Origin: Clostridia bacterium
GTDB taxonomy: Bacteria > Bacillota > Clostridia > RGIG6154
Length of the DNA: 64,000 nucleotides
NCBI GenBank assembly: GCA_045589295.1
Contig: JAZNOU010000021.1
Span: 36,636-100,635 of the forward strand
Direction of reading: 5' to 3'
In this document: positions 60,073-64,000 of the stretch, piece after piece
How the letters are laid out: the number at the start of each line of letters is the position of its first letter
Numbering within the stretch: position 1 is the first letter of the stretch
Translations under genes and position numbers: made by a program
Notes under the pieces: generated by a model
Seen by the model: only the letters and a program-made list of their open reading frames with translations
The model's database searches: none
What the model was told of the DNA's origin: nothing

Positions 60073-61491
60073 ATGAACTACGAAATAGTTATTGGTCTTG
60101 AAACACACGTTGAACTTGACACAAACTCTAAAATTTTCTGTTCATGCGGTGGTCATTCATCAGCAAATGAGCCAAACGATTGCGTTTGTCCTGCTTGCAG
60201 TGGTATGCCGGGTATGCTCCCTGTTATGAACAAAAGAGTTGTTGAACTTGCAGCAACTGCAGGTCTTATGCTGGGCTGTAACATTAACAAATATACAACA
60301 TTTGACAAAAAGAACTACTACTACCCTGACCTCCCTTGTGCCTATCAGATTACTCAGATTAACCATCCGATCTGCACAGATGGTTTGGTAACTTTAAAAA
60401 CATCTTTGGGTCCAAGAGATATCCGTATTAAACAGATTCACATGGAAGAAGATGCAGGTAAACTTGTGCATATGGGAAATTCTTCATATGTAGATTTCAA
60501 CAGAACAAGCGTTCCTTTAATTGAAATTGTTACTCAGCCTGATTTCAGAAGTGCTGAAGAAGTTGTAAACTATCTTAACAAATTAAAATCAATGTTCATC
60601 CTTGGCGGAATTTCAGAATGTGAAGAAGGCGCAATGCGTTGCGATGTTAACATTTCTGTTCGTCCTGAAGGAAGCGAAGAATTTGGCGTTCGTACAGAAA
60701 TCAAAAACATGAGTTCATTCGAAGCAATTGAAAAAGCAATCAAATATGAAGCACAGCGTCATATTGATGCTTTGGAATTTGAAACTGAAGAACTCGTTCA
60801 GGAAACAAGACGTTTTGATGATGTAAGCGGAAAAACATTTGCTATGAGAAATAAAGAAACAGAAGCAGATTACCGCTACTTCCCTGATGCAAACCTTATG
60901 CCTATTATCATCGATGATGAATGGCTTGAACAGATTAAGGCTAATAAGCCTGCCGCTGTTGATGAAAAAGCAGAAGATTATCGCGCTGCAGGAATTTCCG
61001 ACAAAGAAATTGATATGCTCATTTCAAACAACAAATTAAGTACACTCTTAGATGATGTTGTTAAAATGGGTTGTAACGCAAAAGATGCTGCAGGTTGGAT
61101 TCTTACAGACTGTGCAGGTATTTTAAGAAAAGACGGCAAGACATTAAGCGAGCTTAATGTTACTGCAGAAAAACTTTCAACCATTATTAAAATGGTAGAT
61201 GATGGTAAGATCAACAGAAATGCAGGTAAGAAAATCTTAATCGCAGTTGTTGAAAGCGATGTTGATCCAGTTGCTTACTGCAAAGAAAATGGTCTTGACA
61301 AAAAGTTTGATTCATCAGCAATTGAATCCGTTATTGAAAAAGTTATTGCTGATAATGCACAGGCTGTTGAAGACTTTAAAAATGGTAAAGTTAAAGCGCT
61401 TCAGGCTCTCTTTGGTGCTTGTATGAAAGAACTTAAGGGTGCAGGTGACCCACAGATTATCAAAACTCTTCTTGAAGAAAAATTAAAATAA
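60073..61491 (+). CDS. gatB: Asp-tRNA(Asn)/Glu-tRNA(Gln) amidotransferase subunit B
   Basis: IGLETHVEL, KIFC.C, KNYYYPDLP..YQITQ, IHMEEDAGK, DFNR..VPLIEIVT.P, RCDVNIS, EIKN, QETR, DYRYFPD, C-terminal YqeY-like domain. Confidence 0.96.
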   Translation: MNYEIVIGLETHVELDTNSKIFCSCGGHSSANEPNDCVCPACSGMPGMLPVMNKRVVELAATAGLMLGCNINKYTTFDKKNYYYPDLPCAYQITQINHPICTDGLVTLKTSLGPRDIRIKQIHMEEDAGKLVHMGNSSYVDFNRTSVPLIEIVTQPDFRSAEEVVNYLNKLKSMFILGGISECEEGAMRCDVNISVRPEGSEEFGVRTEIKNMSSFEAIEKAIKYEAQRHIDALEFETEELVQETRRFDDVSGKTFAMRNKETEADYRYFPDANLMPIIIDDEWLEQIKANKPAAVDEKAEDYRAAGISDKEIDMLISNNKLSTLLDDVVKMGCNAKDAAGWILTDCAGILRKDGKTLSELNVTAEKLSTIIKMVDDGKINRNAGKKILIAVVESDVDPVAYCKENGLDKKFDSSAIESVIEKVIADNAQAVEDFKNGKVKALQALFGACMKELKGAGDPQIIKTLLEEKLK

Positions 61492-61500
61492 CAAAACTTG

Positions 61501-61532
61501 TTTGGCGGAAGTAAAATTTTACTTCCGCCAAA
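61501..61532. repeat. Perfect 32 bp palindrome between gatB and the asparaginase gene
   Basis: TTTGGCGGAAGTAAAA|TTTTACTTCCGCCAAA; no clear U tract follows on the plus strand. Confidence 0.8.
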
Positions 61533-61546
61533 TTACAGGAGAAAAT

Positions 61547-62605
61547 ATGAAAAATATTTTGCTTATATTAGTGGGCGGAACAATTTGCACTTCCATTAAC
61601 AAAGATGGTACTTTATCAGTAAGCGAAAATGCAGGTGCTTTAATCAAAGCTAATTTTGAAAACTCTGATTCACCCTATGCTAAAAATGTTAACATTGATT
61701 TAACAGAAAATTTATTTATTTTAAGCGAAAATATGACTGTTGACAAATGGAATGCCATTATACAAACATATGTTAATTATACAAGCAAAAAAAAATACGA
61801 TGGTATTATTTTTGCTCATGGAACTGACACACTCGCCTATTCATCCGCACTTTTTTCAATGCTCTTAAGCACAACGGATATTCCTGTGTTTTTTGTATCT
61901 TCTAATAGAAGACTTGATGCAAAAGATTCTAACGGAAATGAAAACTTTAAAGCTGCAGTTGAATTGATTGCAAAAGGCATTACTCCAAACGTGTATGTAA
62001 CTTACAAAAATCCATCAGATAACAGAATGTATTTGCACCTAGGTTCAAGACTTGAACAATGCAAAAACTATTCCGATGACTTTTACAGCTGTGGTATGCT
62101 TGATATAACTGATATTTGTGATGAAAACTATAAGGTTTACTTAAGCCAAATAGAAACTATGTATCCAAAGGAAAATACTAAATCATTTATATCCATATAT
62201 GATTGTCCAAAACTTTCAGAATGCATATTACTAATCCAGCCATACGTTGGCATCAACTACAGTGTGTATGATTACTCAAACTTTCGTGCTGTTTTGCATA
62301 GCACCTTCCATTCAGGAACTGCTTGTGCAGAACAAAACAGCAAAAATTCAGTTCTTCATTTGATTAAAGTTTGCAGCAAATTGGAAAAAGATATAGATAC
62401 CTACATTTCTCCGTCAAAATTAAACGGAGAAATATATGAAACCGTAAGTACTATAGCCCATTCAAAAATAGTATTTTTATATGGTTACACATTAGAAACC
62501 GCTTATGCAAAACTTTTGATTGCTTATTCCCTCTTTGACAGCAATGAAAAAAGGTCAGAATTTATTAAAACTGAATGCAATTATGAAATAATATATAAGG
62601 AATGA
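61547..62605 (+). CDS. Asparaginase/glutaminase-fold protein (type I / GatD-like)
   Basis: GGTI, ILSENM, DG...AHGTDT..Y, PV, SN.R, YETA, E.AYAKL; ATG 61547 after AGGAG. Confidence 0.82.
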   Translation: MKNILLILVGGTICTSINKDGTLSVSENAGALIKANFENSDSPYAKNVNIDLTENLFILSENMTVDKWNAIIQTYVNYTSKKKYDGIIFAHGTDTLAYSSALFSMLLSTTDIPVFFVSSNRRLDAKDSNGNENFKAAVELIAKGITPNVYVTYKNPSDNRMYLHLGSRLEQCKNYSDDFYSCGMLDITDICDENYKVYLSQIETMYPKENTKSFISIYDCPKLSECILLIQPYVGINYSVYDYSNFRAVLHSTFHSGTACAEQNSKNSVLHLIKVCSKLEKDIDTYISPSKLNGEIYETVSTIAHSKIVFLYGYTLETAYAKLLIAYSLFDSNEKRSEFIKTECNYEIIYKE

Positions 62606-62609
62606 TAAA

Positions 62610-63764
62610 ATGACAGAAAAATTATACTATGCTGACGCCTACTTAAAAAAATTTGAAGCTACAGTTTTAGCTTGCAAAAAAAACGGCGATTTTTACGATA
62701 TAATTTTAGATAAAACCGCTTTCTGTCCTGAAGGTGGCGGTCAGGGTGCCGATACCGGAATTATAAACGGAATAAAAATCATTGATGTTCAAGAATGTGG
62801 TGAAGAAATTGTTCACAAAGCAGAATCTGCAATAAACGTAGATGAAAAAGTATCAGGCGAAATTGATTGGGATTTAAGATATTCTAAAATGCAAAGTCAT
62901 TCAGGTGAACATATTGTATCAGGAATTGTTCATTCAATGTTTGGTTATACAAACTCAGGGTTTCACATGAACGAATCAACTATGACAGTAGATTTCAGTG
63001 GTCCGCTTTCATTGGAAGATATTGAAAAAGTTGAACTTGAATGCAACAAAGCAATTTATAAAAATGCGGTAATCTCTTCCTCTTTCCCATCTAAAGAAGA
63101 TGCTGAAAACTTAAGTTTCAGAAGCAAGCTTGATATAGACAGCGGCTTAAGATTAATTACTATTGACGGAATTGACTGTTGTGCTTGTTGTGCACCGCAC
63201 GTTAAGCAAACAGGTGAAATAGGAATTATAAAAATTCTGGAATTTGCTCCACACAGACAAGGCACAAGAGTAGAAATGACTGCAGGTATTAATGCACTTA
63301 AAGATTATCTTCGTTTAAGCGAATCAAACAAGGCGCTGATGAAATTATTATCAACTCCGAGATATGAAGTTAAAGATGCAGTTATTAAGCAAAATGAGGC
63401 GTTAAATGAGTTTAAAACATTAAATCAGAATATGTCAAAAAGACTTGCTCTTGCTGAACTTAAAACAATATCTGTTGGAAACAATTTATACTCAATTTCA
63501 AAAGATTTAAGTTATGATGATTTAAGACATTGTGCTAACACAATAATTGAAAATGGAACTCCCCTTTGTGTTTTATTTTCAAAGTCAACAGAAACAGATT
63601 ATTTTTATGTTGTAAGTTCTGATTTAGATGTGTCTGACATTGTAAAAACAATTAATACCACACTAAATGGTAAAGGTGGCGGCAGAGGAAATTACGCACA
63701 AGGAAAAGTTACCGTTGAAAACGAATCAATGCTTATTGAAGCAATTGAAAACATTTTAAAATAA
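62610..63764 (+). CDS. AlaX-type alanyl-tRNA editing protein with C-terminal DHHA1 domain
   Basis: LYY.DAY, LDKTAF.PEGGGQ..D.G, QSHSGEH (HxxxH), CCAPH (CxxxH), GKGGG..AQG. Confidence 0.9.
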   Translation: MTEKLYYADAYLKKFEATVLACKKNGDFYDIILDKTAFCPEGGGQGADTGIINGIKIIDVQECGEEIVHKAESAINVDEKVSGEIDWDLRYSKMQSHSGEHIVSGIVHSMFGYTNSGFHMNESTMTVDFSGPLSLEDIEKVELECNKAIYKNAVISSSFPSKEDAENLSFRSKLDIDSGLRLITIDGIDCCACCAPHVKQTGEIGIIKILEFAPHRQGTRVEMTAGINALKDYLRLSESNKALMKLLSTPRYEVKDAVIKQNEALNEFKTLNQNMSKRLALAELKTISVGNNLYSISKDLSYDDLRHCANTIIENGTPLCVLFSKSTETDYFYVVSSDLDVSDIVKTINTTLNGKGGGRGNYAQGKVTVENESMLIEAIENILK

Positions 63765-63839
63765 GAACCAGACCCGATATTGCCATTAAAGATTGCTGTC
63801 GGTACCCCAAAACCTTGTTGTATTCACAACAACAATAAA

Positions 63840-64000
63840 TATCCACCCGCATAGCGGGTGGTTTTTCATTTTCGGGCATAGCCCTAATGCTACTGGCGAC
63901 GCACAAGTGCGTTTTTTATTGGCCTGCCAGCCATGCAACTGCTACTTACTACCCATAAATGGGTCCCGCGGGTCGAACATGCTTAACTGGTCACTTTCCT
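63840..64000 (-). mobile_element. Right end of an IS200/IS605-family element (continues beyond window)
   Basis: Subterminal hairpin CCACCCGC-ata-GCGGGTGG, several further short hairpins, GC higher than flanks, and the transposase C-terminus. Confidence 0.7.
63942..64000 (-). CDS. tnpA: IS200/IS605 TnpA (Y1 transposase) C-terminal fragment
   Basis: Minus strand ...ESDQLSMFDPRDPFMGSK*, resembling the DQL...DPF.G.K tail of Firmicutes IS200 TnpA; only 18 codons visible. Confidence 0.6.
   Translation of the reverse strand, partial: ESDQLSMFDPRDPFMGSK

Noticed and set aside
1-64000. CRISPR arrays, cas genes, prophage, rRNA, tandem repeat arrays
   Set aside because: No regularly spaced repeats or such genes were seen; nearly all sequence is accounted for by the listed genes and short intergenic regions.

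Overview
Low-GC Firmicutes (Clostridia-like, spore-forming, probably gut-associated) chromosomal segment, mostly minus-strand. 1-23 kb is housekeeping: DAK2/asp23, murB, glk, hprK, a 6S RNA, glyQS, spoVM, and the conserved yicC-remA-gmk-rpoZ-priA-def-fmt-rsmB-rlmN-stp-prkC-rsgA-rpe-thiN block. 23-26 kb holds rlmD, an orphan Na+-decarboxylase beta/gamma pair and tRNA-Leu(CAG). 26-45 kb is one co-directional ~18.7 kb run that joins an hfs-type sensory/catalytic [FeFe]-hydrogenase cluster to a complete PEP-to-succinate route: LDH-like malate dehydrogenase, FumC, HdrBCA-MvhD-Flx, a soluble FrdAB without membrane anchor, an AspT/YidE exporter and PckA. 45-56 kb has accessory genes, including a bile salt hydrolase, a PurF-like protein lacking the catalytic Cys and a GtrA/GtrB/GtrII glycosylation cassette with a YdjC deacetylase. 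The most unusual locus is 56.5-63.8 kb, a T-box-controlled tRNA-dependent Asn biosynthesis operon. There AspRS is fused to GatC, GatA has lost its catalytic triad and Gln-binding residues, GatB is intact, and a GatD-like asparaginase and an AlaX editing protein follow, suggesting a remodelled transamidosome. The window ends in the 3' end of an IS200/IS605 element. All calls come from motif recognition by eye, with no database searches, and reference motifs are quoted from memory.
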